A stretch of 47,283 bases of DNA from Candidatus Krumholzibacteriia bacterium (GCA_036351155.1 JAZBOO010000026.1:1-47283); one strand, 5' to 3'. Shown: positions 1 through 9,995, counted from the stretch's first letter. Program-made: numbers and translations. Notes: generated by a model not told the origin, from the letters alone.

Positions 1-561
1 CTGGCCGACAGCCTGGTGCGCGAGGAGTTTTTCCGCGAGGCCCTGGATTACTACCGCCTGGCCGCCGAGCGCGATCCCGATCCGGTGGCCGGCCTGGTGC
101 GCCTGGGTGACGCCTACCTGAAGCAGGATTTCGTCACCCTGGCCCGGGAGTCTTACCTGCAGGCCCTGGATCTGGCCCCCGGTGACCCGGCGGCCGAGGT
201 GGGGCTGGGCCGCACCATGCTGGCTGTGGGGCAGAGGCAGGAAGCCGAGGAGATCTTCAACCGCCACGCCCTGGGCGGGGATCCCTACCCGCCGGCCCGC
301 TATTACCTGGCCCGCAGCTTCGTGACCACCGAGAGGAACTTCGACCAGGCCGAGCAGCTGCTGCGCGACTACCTGGCCGGGCACCTGAACTTCCACTGGC
401 CGTCCCGCGCGGTGGCCAACTGGCAGCTGGCCCTGGCCCAGGAGAAGACCGGCCGCTACGACCAGGCCTGGCAGACCATGAGCCTGGCCATGAGCCTGCC
501 TCTGGGCAACGACCAGATGAAATCCGACGCCCAGCGCATGGAATTCATGGCCAAGGACTGA
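1..561 (+). CDS. Tetratricopeptide repeat protein (5' partial)
   Basis: Frame is open from base 1. TPR-like repeats include LGDAYL..A..SY..AL.LAPGDP.A..GLG and ARYYLA. Confidence 0.8.
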   Translation: MADSLVREEFFREALDYYRLAAERDPDPVAGLVRLGDAYLKQDFVTLARESYLQALDLAPGDPAAEVGLGRTMLAVGQRQEAEEIFNRHALGGDPYPPARYYLARSFVTTERNFDQAEQLLRDYLAGHLNFHWPSRAVANWQLALAQEKTGRYDQAWQTMSLAMSLPLGNDQMKSDAQRMEFMAKD

Positions 562-586
562 CCGCCGGGCCGCTTCCGCAACAGGC

Positions 587-625
587 GAAAAGCCCCTGCC
601 GGAACGTTCCGGCAGGGGCTCTTTC
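587..625. terminator. Bidirectional intrinsic terminator
   Basis: Perfect 30-bp palindrome AGCCCCTGCCGGAACGTTCCGGCAGGGGCT (591-620), flanked by GAAA and CTTTC, between convergent genes. Confidence 0.75.
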
Positions 626-645
626 GGTCGGTTCGGCGTGCCGGC

Positions 646-2766
646 CTAGGACTCGGTCATGCCCTTGCGCTCGAGCAGGGCGTCGATGCCCGGCTCGCTG
701 CCCCGGAACTTCTTGTACAGTTCCATGGGCTCCTCGCTGCCGCCGCGCTCCAGGACGTTCTCGCGGAAGGCCGCCGCGGTCTTCGCGTCGAACAGGTCAC
801 CGGTCTCCTTGAAGGCCTGGAAGGCGTCGGCGTCCAGCACCTCCGCCCACACGTAGCTGTAGTAGCCCGCACTGTAGCCGCCCGCAAAGATATGGCGGAA
901 GTAGGGGCTGCGGTAGCGCACCACGATCTCGTCCATCAGGTTGATCCGGCCCAGGCTCTTGTCCTCGAACTGGTGGGGATCCATCTCGACGAAATCGGTC
1001 ACCGTGTGCCAGTCCATGTCCAGGAAGCAGGCGGCCAGGTACTCGGTGGTGGCAAAGCCGGTGTTGAAGTGCTGCGACTTCCGCACCTTTTCCACCAGCT
1101 CGGCCGGAATCACCTCGCCGGTCTGGTAGTGCTTGGCGTACATGGCCAGCACCTCGGGCTCCATGGCCCAGTTTTCCATGATCTGGCTGGGCAGTTCCAC
1201 GAAGTCCTGCGCCACCGAGGTGCCGCTCAGGGTCTGGTAGTTGCAGTCGCTCAGCATGCCGTGCAGGCCGTGGCCGAACTCATGGAACATGGTCTCCACC
1301 TCGTCCACGCTCAGCAGGCTGGGGGTGTCGCCGGTGGGCCGCGTGAAGTTGCCCACGTTGAACACCAGCGGCAGCACGCGCTCGCCGTCCCGGTAGTACT
1401 GCTTGCGGAACGAGCTCATCCACGCTCCGCCCCGCTTGCTCTCGCGGGGGAAGTAGTCCAGCATGAGCACGGCCAGCTCGCTGCCGTCCCGATCCTTCAC
1501 CAGGAAGGCCTTCACATCAGGATGGTAGGTCTCGATGTCGGGCCGCTCGATGAACTCCAGGCCCCACAGCTTGCCCGCCACGGCGAACATGCCGTCGCGC
1601 ACGTTTTCCAGCTTGAAGTAGGGGCGGAGCATGCCTTCGTCCAGGTCGTACTTGGCCTTCTTCACCTTCTCGGCGTAGTGCCACCAGTCCCAGGCCTCCA
1701 GCTTGAAGGCTTCGCTGCCCATCTCGGCGTCGATCATCGCCTGCATGGCCTCGGCCTCACCCTTGGCGGTGGCCAGGGCGGGCTCCCACAACTTGCCCAG
1801 CAGGCTGTACACGGCGCCGGGCTCCTGGGCCATGTTGTCGCTCAGCATGTAGGCGGCGTGGCTGTCGTAGCCCAGCAGATGCGCCTTCTCCACCCGCAGG
1901 TTGGCAATGCGCTTCAGGTTGGCGTTGTTGTCCAGTTCGCCGCCGTTGTCGCCCATGTTGATGTAGGCCTTGAACATCTTCTCCCTGAGGTCGCGCTTCT
2001 GGCTGTACTGCAGGAAGGGAATCAAGCTGGGCTTCTGGATGGTGAAGGCCCACTGCCCGGGCTTGTCGCGCTTGGTGGCGGCCTCGGCTGCCGCGGCCAC
2101 CACACCTTCGGGCAGGCCGGCCAGGTCGGCCTCGTTGTCGATGAACATGACGAACTTGTTGGTCTCTTTCAGCACGTTCTCACCGAACTGGACCGTCAGC
2201 GAGGCCAGTTCCTCGTTCAGCTTCTTCAGCTGCTCCTTGCCCGCGGCATCCAGGTTGGCCCCGCCGCGCACGAACACCTTGTTGGTCTCTTCCAGCAGCT
2301 TGGCCTGCTCACCGGTCAGTTCCAGATCGTCCTTCTGGGCGTACACGGCGGCCACGCGCTGGTACAGCGCATCGTTCAGGCGGATGCCGTCACGATGGGC
2401 CGACAAGCGCGGCGCCATGGTCTTGGCCACCGCCTGCATGTCCGGGTTGGTCATCGAGCCGTTCATGGCGAAGAACACGCTGCTCACCTTGCGCAACAGT
2501 CCGCCCGAGGCGTCCAGGGCCTCGATGGTGTTGGCGAAGCTGGCCGGCTGATCGTTGCCGGTGATGGCGGCAATTTCCTCGTTCTGTCGGGCCATGGCCT
2601 CGGTGAAGGCGGGCTCGTAATGGGTCACGTCGATCTGCGCGAAGGGAGGCACCCCGTAGGGTGTGTCCCACTCGGCGTAGAAGGGATTCTGCACGTTCGT
2701 TTCACCTCCGCCGCATCCGGCTAAAAGTAGGGTGGTCACCATAAATGTCAGGAATAGTCTGCTCAT
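646..2766 (-). CDS. dcp: M3 family metallopeptidase (peptidyl-dipeptidase Dcp), lipoprotein
   Basis: FHEFGHGLH zinc motif, KRGGAWM, DFVELPSQIME and GYSAGYYSYVWAEVL motifs. LLAGC lipobox. The start overlaps the upstream stop (TGATG). Confidence 0.92.
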   Translation of the reverse strand: MSRLFLTFMVTTLLLAGCGGGETNVQNPFYAEWDTPYGVPPFAQIDVTHYEPAFTEAMARQNEEIAAITGNDQPASFANTIEALDASGGLLRKVSSVFFAMNGSMTNPDMQAVAKTMAPRLSAHRDGIRLNDALYQRVAAVYAQKDDLELTGEQAKLLEETNKVFVRGGANLDAAGKEQLKKLNEELASLTVQFGENVLKETNKFVMFIDNEADLAGLPEGVVAAAAEAATKRDKPGQWAFTIQKPSLIPFLQYSQKRDLREKMFKAYINMGDNGGELDNNANLKRIANLRVEKAHLLGYDSHAAYMLSDNMAQEPGAVYSLLGKLWEPALATAKGEAEAMQAMIDAEMGSEAFKLEAWDWWHYAEKVKKAKYDLDEGMLRPYFKLENVRDGMFAVAGKLWGLEFIERPDIETYHPDVKAFLVKDRDGSELAVLMLDYFPRESKRGGAWMSSFRKQYYRDGERVLPLVFNVGNFTRPTGDTPSLLSVDEVETMFHEFGHGLHGMLSDCNYQTLSGTSVAQDFVELPSQIMENWAMEPEVLAMYAKHYQTGEVIPAELVEKVRKSQHFNTGFATTEYLAACFLDMDWHTVTDFVEMDPHQFEDKSLGRINLMDEIVVRYRSPYFRHIFAGGYSAGYYSYVWAEVLDADAFQAFKETGDLFDAKTAAAFRENVLERGGSEEPMELYKKFRGSEPGIDALLERKGMTES

Positions 2767-3764
2767 CACATGCCTCTCCAGTTCTGTGGGCCCGCGGGCT
2801 TGTTGTTCAGGATGTCTTCGATGCGCTCCTGCACGTCGGGGGTCAGCTGGTCGGCCACCGTGAGGGCCTTCATGTTCTCGGTGACCTGCTCGGGGCGGGA
2901 GGCTCCGGTGATCACGGTGGAAACATCGTCATTGGTCAGGCACCAGGCAATGGCCAGCTGGGCCAGGCTGCAGTCCAGGTCCTTGGCGATGGGCACCAGT
3001 TCCTTCACCTTGGCCACTTTTTTCTGCCCGGCGGGACCCTCAACCTCGGGCCGCAGCCACTGGTAGTTGGGCAAGGTCAGGCGAGATCCCTCGGGAATGC
3101 CGTCGTTGTACTTGCCGGTCAGGATGCCGCTGGCCAGGGGGCTCCAGATGGTGGTCCCCAGTCCGATCTCGTCGTACAGCTCGGAGTATTCCGCCTCGAC
3201 ACGATCGCGGCAGAACATGTTGTACTGCGGCTGCTCCATGGTGGGGGGAATCAGGTGCTCCTGGCGGGCAAAGTCGTAGGCCCGGCGGATCTGGGCGGCG
3301 CTCCACTCGCTGGTGCCCCAGTACAGGGCCTTGCCCTGGCTGAGGACCTGGTTCATGGCCCAGACCGTTTCCTCGATGGGCGTGTCCACATCGGGCCGAT
3401 GGCAGAAGATCAGGTCCACATAGTCGGTGTCCAGCCGCTCCAGGGCCGCATCGGTTCCCTCGATGATATGCTTGCGCGACAATCCCCGCTCATTGGGCCC
3501 CTTGCCGCCCCAGAAGATCTTGGTGCTGAGCACCAGATCGGAGCGCTTCCAGCCCGCCTTGCGGATGGCCTTGCCCATGATGACCTCGGACTTGCCGCCG
3601 GCGTAGGCCTCGGCGTTGTCGAAGAAGTTCACTCCCTCGTCGTAGGCGATCTTCATGCACGCCAGGGCCGCATCCACATCCAGCTGGTCATCGAACGTGA
3701 CCCAGGACCCGAAGGACAGGGCGCTGACTTTCAGGCCCGATTTGCCCAGAAACCTGTATTCCAT
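2766..3764 (-). CDS. Aldo/keto reductase (Kv-beta-like subfamily)
   Basis: [37 protein letters not shown] and WSPLASG motifs. Confidence 0.92.
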   Translation of the reverse strand: MEYRFLGKSGLKVSALSFGSWVTFDDQLDVDAALACMKIAYDEGVNFFDNAEAYAGGKSEVIMGKAIRKAGWKRSDLVLSTKIFWGGKGPNERGLSRKHIIEGTDAALERLDTDYVDLIFCHRPDVDTPIEETVWAMNQVLSQGKALYWGTSEWSAAQIRRAYDFARQEHLIPPTMEQPQYNMFCRDRVEAEYSELYDEIGLGTTIWSPLASGILTGKYNDGIPEGSRLTLPNYQWLRPEVEGPAGQKKVAKVKELVPIAKDLDCSLAQLAIAWCLTNDDVSTVITGASRPEQVTENMKALTVADQLTPDVQERIEDILNNKPAGPQNWRGM

Positions 3765-3985
3765 TGTTCAACCTCCATTTGAGCCGCAACATTTTCCATT
3801 GTGGCCAGTATAACATCATGATCATGCGTTGGCAGTGACGGATCACGGGCTTTTCTCGCCGCCCCTCTTTCCCCGGGCCGCCCGATTCCGTAGTTTCATC
3901 CATGGTATTCCCATTTCACGTCCGGATTGGCGACCCCGCACCTGAGCTTTTTTGACGCGGTCCAGGATACAACCAGGAGAACGTC

Positions 3986-4366
3986 ATGTTTAAATCGTTT
4001 ATTACCCAGCCCAGCCGTTTGCTCCTTGTCGGACTGGTTCTCTCCTTCCTGGTGAGCCTGCTCGTGGCCCCTACCACCCTGGCCAAGGTTCACCTCTATG
4101 GTGGGGACAGCGGCGGTGGCGGAGGCGGCGAAGGTGACCCGCTGGACGGCAACGACTACAGCGATCCCGGCATGGGCGGCATCGGCGACGACATCGAGAA
4201 CTCCTTTGGTTTGATCGAAGGCGGCGGCGGCCTGGTGTTCAGTCTGCCCGGAACCGACAAATCACAGGTCTGGATCATCATGGACTTCCAGGGCAAAATT
4301 CCCGTCCTGCGTGTCCTGCAGATCTCCTCGTCTGCCACAAGGGTGGAGGGGACTCATGCGCGGTAA
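3986..4366 (+). CDS. Small exported Gly/Asp-rich hypothetical protein
   Basis: AGGAG RBS; hydrophobic signal peptide ending TTLA; mature part begins KVHLYGGDSGGGGGGEGDPLD; overlaps the next gene by 11 nt. Confidence 0.7.
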   Translation: MFKSFITQPSRLLLVGLVLSFLVSLLVAPTTLAKVHLYGGDSGGGGGGEGDPLDGNDYSDPGMGGIGDDIENSFGLIEGGGGLVFSLPGTDKSQVWIIMDFQGKIPVLRVLQISSSATRVEGTHAR

Positions 4367-6866
4367 TCCGGAGAGAGTCAGGATGCAGCAACCTGGCGCG
4401 ACGGACCGTAAACTGGAATCGGCGGCCCTGGATCGAAAAAGCTACCAGCTGGCTGAGCAGGCTTTCCTCAGGGAAGACTACCAGAACAGCCTGGAGCAGA
4501 TCCGACAGGCCCTCGACAAGGTGCAGGGGAGCCATCTGGAACCGATGGCTCTGCTGCCCGATGTTCACGCGCCGCGGGTCAAGGATGGCGTGGTCCTGTG
4601 TGCCCGCAATCTTTATCAGCTGGACCGTTACGAGGAGTTCGAGGTGTTGCTGGCCACGGCCGGCCGCTGGGGCCTGGTGCCCGAGGGCATGCCGGAGCTG
4701 GACGTGGTCCAGCTGAGCTTCGCCTACAAGCGCGGGCAGTACCAGCAGGTGGTCGATGAGACCACCGCCTTCATCGAGGCCACCCGTCTGGACCTGCCGC
4801 CGGTGATTGCCGAGTTCCTGTACCTGCGGGGGCTGGCCCTGTCCTCTCTTGGTCAACCCGAGGCGGCGCGTGAGGATGCCGAGACGGCCCACTCGCTGTT
4901 CCGTATTCTGGGGGACAAGCGGGAATGTGCCCGCTGCGCCAACTTGATGGGCATTCTGTTCTTCCGTGCGGCCGACTTCACCTCGGCCGACCGCTGGTTC
5001 CGACAGGCCTTCCAGCTGCACAAGAGGCTGGGTTTGCGGAAAAACATGGGGGGCAACCTGCTGAACCTGGGCATCGGTTGCTACAAGCGCGGCGACTTCA
5101 ATCAGGCCTTGCTCGAGTTCGATGCGGCGTCCGTCCTGTTGCAACAGGTGGACGCTCAGGTCAGCCTTTGCCGGACCGCCGTGGCCCGAGGCCACACCCT
5201 GCGTCTCATGCGCCGATTCTCCGAAGCTCAGGAAACACTGCTGGCCGCGTTCGCCCGGGCCAACGAACTGTTGCTGGCTCGCGAAGAAGCCCTGGCCCTG
5301 GAGTACCTGGGCGATGTGGCCATGGATCAGAACCAGATGGACAAGGCGCGCCGTTACTACAGTCGAGCCCTGGCGGTGGGGCACAGCCTGGCCCCCGATG
5401 GTGACGTGGTCATGGAGGTCCTGCATCGTCAGGGCCTGTGTCTGGCCCGCATGGGGCGGGAAAACGAGGGCATCGTCCTGCTGAAACGTGCCCTGGGCCT
5501 GGCCCGCAGCCAGGGAGACCGGTGCGAGGAAGGCCAGATCCGCGTGGCCCTGGCCGAAACGGTGTTCTCTCTGGGTGATCTGGAATCGGCCCTCCGCCAT
5601 GCCGCGCAGGCCACCGACCTGCTCGAAGGGGTCGGGGCCCGTTTCGAACTGGCGAAGGCGCGATTGGTGGCCGCCCGCGTGGGCCTGGCCCGTCTGGACA
5701 GCGCCCTCGGGCTGGACCGGGAATCGGCTCTGGACGAAGGCTGGCGACAGACCCTGGCGGCCATGGACACCTTCCTGCGCTCGGGTGTCGAGCACTGGAC
5801 CGTGGAGGCACGCCGGTTGCTCAACGTCATTTCCAACCAGCGGGCCGACGAGCACAGTGCGGCCACCAGGGCTCCGAGGAGCGCCGTGGGGCGAGTCAGC
5901 GTGCCGTCGACCACCATCGTGCACGTGTCGGCCCGCATGCGGGACCTGATCCAGATGTGCGATGCGTTTGCCGACTCCAGGGAACCGGTGCTGATCACCG
6001 GGGCCACGGGGACCGGCAAGGAACTTTTCGCGCGCCGACTCCACCAGCGCAGTAGCCGCAGCGGCGCCGAGCTGGTGTGTGTGAACACCACCGCCATCCC
6101 CGAGAGCGTGTTTGCCCGGGAGTTTTTCGGGCACGTCAGGGGGTCCTTCAGCGGGGCCGATCAGGACGGACCTGGCCTGGCTGCCAAGGCCCACGGCGGC
6201 ACTCTGTTCCTGGACGAGATCGGGGAAATGCCCCTGAGCTTGCAGCCGCGCCTGTTGCGATTGCTGCAGGACGGGACCTACCACGCGCTGGGCGATCCCA
6301 CCGAACGGCAGGTCGACCTGCGGCTGGTGGCGGCCACCAACGCGGATCTGGAGCAGATGGTGGCCCGCGGCACCTTCCGCGCCGATCTGTACTACCGCCT
6401 GAAGATCCTGGAACTGAAGATCCCGCCCATGGTGGAACGCCGCGAGGATGTTCTGCCCCTGTTGCGGCACTTCCTGTCCCTGGACCAGGATCGTCAGGTG
6501 CAACCGGCCGAGTTCTTCAACGCTCACAGCCTGGAGCTGCTGGAGCGGTATGACTGGCCAGGGAATGTGCGGGAGGTGGCCATGGTGGCCAGCCAGGCAC
6601 GGGTGCAGAAGGCCTCGTGCGGTCGGGTAGCCATCGAACTTGGCAGCTTCGGCAACGAAACCATCCTGCTTTCCGGTCCCGAATCTGGCCCCGAAGCCGG
6701 GACCGAACATCGGCGCGATGAGCCGATCACCGGCCCCCTGGACCGTCGGTCCCGGATACTGCTGGCCCTGGCCGAAACCGAGGGCAATCGTGCCGAGGCG
6801 GCCCGCAAGCTGGGAGTCAGTCGGAGCACGCTGTACCGTCGCATGGAAAAGCTGGGGATTGTCTAG
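4356..6866 (+). CDS. Sigma54-interacting transcriptional activator with N-terminal TPR array (TPR-AAA+-Fis HTH)
   Basis: Walker A GATGTGKE, GSFSGA (GAFTGA variant), Walker B LFLDEIGE, FRADLYYRL, WPGNVRE, C-terminal HTH NRAEAARKLGVSRSTLYRRM. About 480 aa of TPR-like repeats. Start set to ATG 4356 after GGAGGG. Confidence 0.88.
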   Translation: MRGNPERVRMQQPGATDRKLESAALDRKSYQLAEQAFLREDYQNSLEQIRQALDKVQGSHLEPMALLPDVHAPRVKDGVVLCARNLYQLDRYEEFEVLLATAGRWGLVPEGMPELDVVQLSFAYKRGQYQQVVDETTAFIEATRLDLPPVIAEFLYLRGLALSSLGQPEAAREDAETAHSLFRILGDKRECARCANLMGILFFRAADFTSADRWFRQAFQLHKRLGLRKNMGGNLLNLGIGCYKRGDFNQALLEFDAASVLLQQVDAQVSLCRTAVARGHTLRLMRRFSEAQETLLAAFARANELLLAREEALALEYLGDVAMDQNQMDKARRYYSRALAVGHSLAPDGDVVMEVLHRQGLCLARMGRENEGIVLLKRALGLARSQGDRCEEGQIRVALAETVFSLGDLESALRHAAQATDLLEGVGARFELAKARLVAARVGLARLDSALGLDRESALDEGWRQTLAAMDTFLRSGVEHWTVEARRLLNVISNQRADEHSAATRAPRSAVGRVSVPSTTIVHVSARMRDLIQMCDAFADSREPVLITGATGTGKELFARRLHQRSSRSGAELVCVNTTAIPESVFAREFFGHVRGSFSGADQDGPGLAAKAHGGTLFLDEIGEMPLSLQPRLLRLLQDGTYHALGDPTERQVDLRLVAATNADLEQMVARGTFRADLYYRLKILELKIPPMVERREDVLPLLRHFLSLDQDRQVQPAEFFNAHSLELLERYDWPGNVREVAMVASQARVQKASCGRVAIELGSFGNETILLSGPESGPEAGTEHRRDEPITGPLDRRSRILLALAETEGNRAEAARKLGVSRSTLYRRMEKLGIV

Positions 6867-6889
6867 AAAACTGTCCTCATCGTTCATTC

Positions 6890-6924
6890 AACCCCCGGTG
6901 CCCCGTGTACCGGGGGTTTTTTCT
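6890..6924 (+). terminator. Intrinsic terminator
   Basis: Stem AACCCCCGGTG...TACCGGGGGTT followed by a T-tract. Confidence 0.8.
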
Positions 6925-7004
6925 TCAAGTGCCCTGAACCCCTGCCGATGGTGGAGAAGAACCGGGGCGACCGATTCCTGTAGCCAACCCGATGGAGAGA
7001 GTTC

Positions 7005-8564
7005 GTGGCCGTCACGCAAAACCCGCTTTCGATCATGATTGTCGACGACCGGCCAGAGAACCTGTCGTCCATGTCCCAGCTGCTGGCCCAGGACGGGCTG
7101 GACATCGTCACCGCGCGTTCGGGCGACGAGGCCCTGGCCAAGATGCTGTCCCTGGACCTGGCCCTGGTGCTGCTGGATGTGCAGATGCCCGGCATGGACG
7201 GCTTCGAGGTGGCCGACCTGATGCGGCGCAATCCGCGCACCCGGCACTTTCCCATCATTTTCGTGACGGCCATCAACAAGGAACGTCGGCACATCTTCTC
7301 GGGGTTCGAAGTGGGGGCGGTGGACTACATCTTCAAGCCGGTCGATCCGTTCATCATCCGCTCGAAAGTGCAGGTCTTTCTTGAGATCAAGCGCAGCGCC
7401 CTGGAACGCGAGCGTCTGCTGGTGGATCTGAATCGGGCCAATCGGCGGCTGAAGGACATCAGTGACCGCAAATCCGATTTCCTGTCGGCGGCTTCACACG
7501 AACTCCGCACGCCGCTGACGGTGATCAAGGAATACTGCAGTCTGGTGCACGACGGTATCGTGGGCACGCCCAATGCCGAGCAGAAAAAATGCATGGAGGC
7601 CGCCCTGCGCAATTGCAACCGGCTGGCCGACCTGGTCAATGACCTGCTGGATCTCGATGCCATCGAGTCGGGCTACTCGAGCATGTTCCGCGAAGAGCTG
7701 GACCTGGGCTTTCTGCTCAGGGAAGTGGCCGAGGACTTCGGTCCCCGTTGCGACAGCGTGGAGCAGGGGATTGCCCTGGACGTTCCCGACGGTCTGCCAA
7801 CCGCTCTGGGCAACCCTGATCTGGTGACCCAGGTTCTGGTCAACCTGGTGGGCAATGCCCACAAGTTCACCCCCGAAGGGGGCACCATCACGTTGCGGGC
7901 AGAGCGGGAAGAGACCAACCTGCGGGTGGCCATCAAAGACACGGGACCGGGAATTGCGCCCGAGTATCATGACAAGGTGTTCGAAAAGTTCACCCAGCTG
8001 AACCGCAAGGACGGTCCCGGGGCCAAGGGCACCGGGCTGGGGCTGGCCATCAGCCACAAGATCGTCGAGTTGATGGACGGCCAGCTGGGCCTCGATAGCC
8101 GGGATGGGCAGGGGGCCACCTTCCACTTCACCCTGCCTCTGTTTTCGGAGACGGCGCACATGCGGGCCTTCGTGGCCGATGGCACCGCCCACACACGCCT
8201 GGGCAATACCGACTGGTGTCTGGTGCTGGTCCGGCCGTGCACGCCCGAATCGGAGCTGCCGGAGTGGCTGGAAGAAACCGTCACCGTGGCCCTGCGTCAG
8301 ACCGACGATGCCACCACCGTGACCGCAGTGGAAAACCTTCCGGTCAAGGCGGTTTTGTTGCAGGCGTCGGTGGCCGGCGCCAAGGCCTACCTGACACGAC
8401 TGCAGGCGAACCTGGAGTCGGCGGGTCATCAGGACGAACTTCCGCATTGTTGTGTCCTGCCTCTGGATCGAGAGGCCCACCAGGACTTTGTATGGATGCC
8501 GGAAAAGCTGGTTTTCAACGAGCTGGCCCAGGTCAGTGACAGCAAAGGAATGAGCTATGTCTAA
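7005..8564 (+). CDS. Hybrid sensor histidine kinase (REC-HisKA-HATPase)
   Basis: IVDDRPEN and LLDVQMPGMDG receiver motifs; ASHELRTPL H-box; NLVGNAHKFT, DTGPGI and GTGLGLAI boxes. Confidence 0.92.
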   Translation: MAVTQNPLSIMIVDDRPENLSSMSQLLAQDGLDIVTARSGDEALAKMLSLDLALVLLDVQMPGMDGFEVADLMRRNPRTRHFPIIFVTAINKERRHIFSGFEVGAVDYIFKPVDPFIIRSKVQVFLEIKRSALERERLLVDLNRANRRLKDISDRKSDFLSAASHELRTPLTVIKEYCSLVHDGIVGTPNAEQKKCMEAALRNCNRLADLVNDLLDLDAIESGYSSMFREELDLGFLLREVAEDFGPRCDSVEQGIALDVPDGLPTALGNPDLVTQVLVNLVGNAHKFTPEGGTITLRAEREETNLRVAIKDTGPGIAPEYHDKVFEKFTQLNRKDGPGAKGTGLGLAISHKIVELMDGQLGLDSRDGQGATFHFTLPLFSETAHMRAFVADGTAHTRLGNTDWCLVLVRPCTPESELPEWLEETVTVALRQTDDATTVTAVENLPVKAVLLQASVAGAKAYLTRLQANLESAGHQDELPHCCVLPLDREAHQDFVWMPEKLVFNELAQVSDSKGMSYV

Positions 8565-8946
8565 GGGAAAAATCCTCGTCGTGGACGATGAACCGGAGAT
8601 CGTGCGCAGCCTGACTCTCCGTCTGGGAGCCGCGGGTTACGAGGTGCATTCGGCCATGGATGGCCTGGGCGCCACGAAGAAAGCCATCGAGGTGCAGCCG
8701 GAGTTGATCCTGCTGGACATCGGCATGCCGGCCGGCAACGGCCACGTGGTGGTGGAGCGGTTGCGGAATATCGGCGAGACCAGCCATATTCCCATCATCT
8801 ACCTGACCGCGCGGACCAGCGACGAGGACTACCGCAAGGCCCGGGATGGTGGGGTGTGCAAGTACATCACCAAGCCCTTCGATTCTGAAGTCCTCATGGC
8901 GGCCATCGAATCGGAGATGGAGCGGTCGGTCGAACTGACGCCCTGA
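8557..8946 (+). CDS. Single-domain response regulator
   Basis: LVVDDE, LLDIGMP, LTA and KPF receiver motifs; overlaps the kinase stop. Confidence 0.92.
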   Translation: MSKGKILVVDDEPEIVRSLTLRLGAAGYEVHSAMDGLGATKKAIEVQPELILLDIGMPAGNGHVVVERLRNIGETSHIPIIYLTARTSDEDYRKARDGGVCKYITKPFDSEVLMAAIESEMERSVELTP

Positions 8947-8991
8947 CAGAAAATGTCCATTCCAGGCGATGCAACGTCCTTTCCATGAGAC

Positions 8992-9021
8992 ATGCCCTCA
9001 CCCAGGTGGGGGCATTTTTTT
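8992..9021 (+). terminator. Intrinsic terminator
   Basis: Stem ATGCCCTCAC...GTGGGGGCAT followed by a T-tract. Confidence 0.75.
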
Positions 9022-9086
9022 CTGTGGACGGGTTTGCTTTTTCTGCAAGCTATTGCTGTATAGTAAATTATCGTCTTTCATGGGTT

Positions 9087-9103
9087 CAGGCACCCAATCT
9101 GCA
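9087..9103 (+). promoter_or_regulatory. Putative sigma54 (-24/-12) promoter
   Basis: CAGGCACCCAATCTGCA: GG(9089-90)-N10-GC(9101-02), about 55 nt upstream of ATG 9156, with an AT-rich tract upstream. Confidence 0.55.
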
Positions 9104-9155
9104 TTACCGGGGGTAAGCCCCAGGGCACCATTTCAATCTGGAGGAGGCCAAGCTC

Positions 9156-9845
9156 ATGAAAACCTGGCGTAACGGAACCGCAACCGTTTTGACTTTGGTG
9201 ATGCTGATTTCTGTTCTGGCTGTCTCGGCCCAGGCCCGCCTGGTCCGCAGCGCCCGACATCCACAAGGCCTCACCTTCAGTCCCGACAGCGAGCTTGTCC
9301 TTGAAGGCGGCCTGGCCGAGCCTTTCGAAGACCTGAAGGAAGATTTCTGGACTTCGGATACCGGACTGGAGGCGGGCACCGGCTACGAGCTGGGGCTGCG
9401 CTACCGGTACTTCGTGGGGCCCGACCTGGCCGTCTCTCCAGCCTTTCACTACGTCCGTTTCGGGTCCTTCAGCGGGGTGGGCGATTTCCCCGAAGGCGAC
9501 GAACTGGGCTTCGATATCCGGGCCAGCCAGTACCGGTACGGTATGGACCTGCAGTTCTTCGTGGGCTCTCCCATGGTCCAGGTTCGGCCATATGTGACCG
9601 GGGGCGTGGCCCTGGCGCACAACATCTACCGCGACGAATTGCAGGGGTACGGGGTATACAAGGAATCCGTCAACAGCCCGGCTTTCAATGCCGGGGTGGG
9701 GCTCAAGCTCGGGGTGATGGAAATCAGTGGCACGTACCATTTCAACCGGTTTGAAACATCAAAAATTACGGGTGGGGCCGAAAAGGTCGACTTCAACTGG
9801 GATTACGCCATTCTCCGTGTCGGTTTCGCCTTCGGGAAGCATTGA
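9156..9845 (+). CDS. Outer-membrane beta-barrel domain protein
   Basis: GGAGG RBS; signal peptide (SAQA); amphipathic strands such as RPYVTGGVALA and FNAGVGLK; C-terminal LRVGFAF. Confidence 0.75.
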   Translation: MKTWRNGTATVLTLVMLISVLAVSAQARLVRSARHPQGLTFSPDSELVLEGGLAEPFEDLKEDFWTSDTGLEAGTGYELGLRYRYFVGPDLAVSPAFHYVRFGSFSGVGDFPEGDELGFDIRASQYRYGMDLQFFVGSPMVQVRPYVTGGVALAHNIYRDELQGYGVYKESVNSPAFNAGVGLKLGVMEISGTYHFNRFETSKITGGAEKVDFNWDYAILRVGFAFGKH

Positions 9846-9995
9846 GCGCTTGTTCCTGACCAGTAGCTGGCCCTTGTTAACGATCGTTGACAAGGGCCAT
9901 TTGTTGACAGGAATTGTTCAAAGTACTATTTTTCGGATCTAGATATCCAAATAAAGGGCAACTTGGAATGTTCTTCAACCCTGGAGAGATTTCTC

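Noticed and set aside
1..2700. Stronger GC3 bias at the window start as a sign of foreign DNA or an assembly junction
   Set aside because: A similar bias appears in the hydrogenase genes, the dcp frame is continuous, and there are no mobility signatures; not quantified.
892..2724. 610-aa plus-strand ORF
   Set aside because: Antisense shadow of dcp caused by high-GC codon bias; no motifs.
4278..6887. 869-aa minus-strand ORF
   Set aside because: Antisense shadow of the sigma54 activator.
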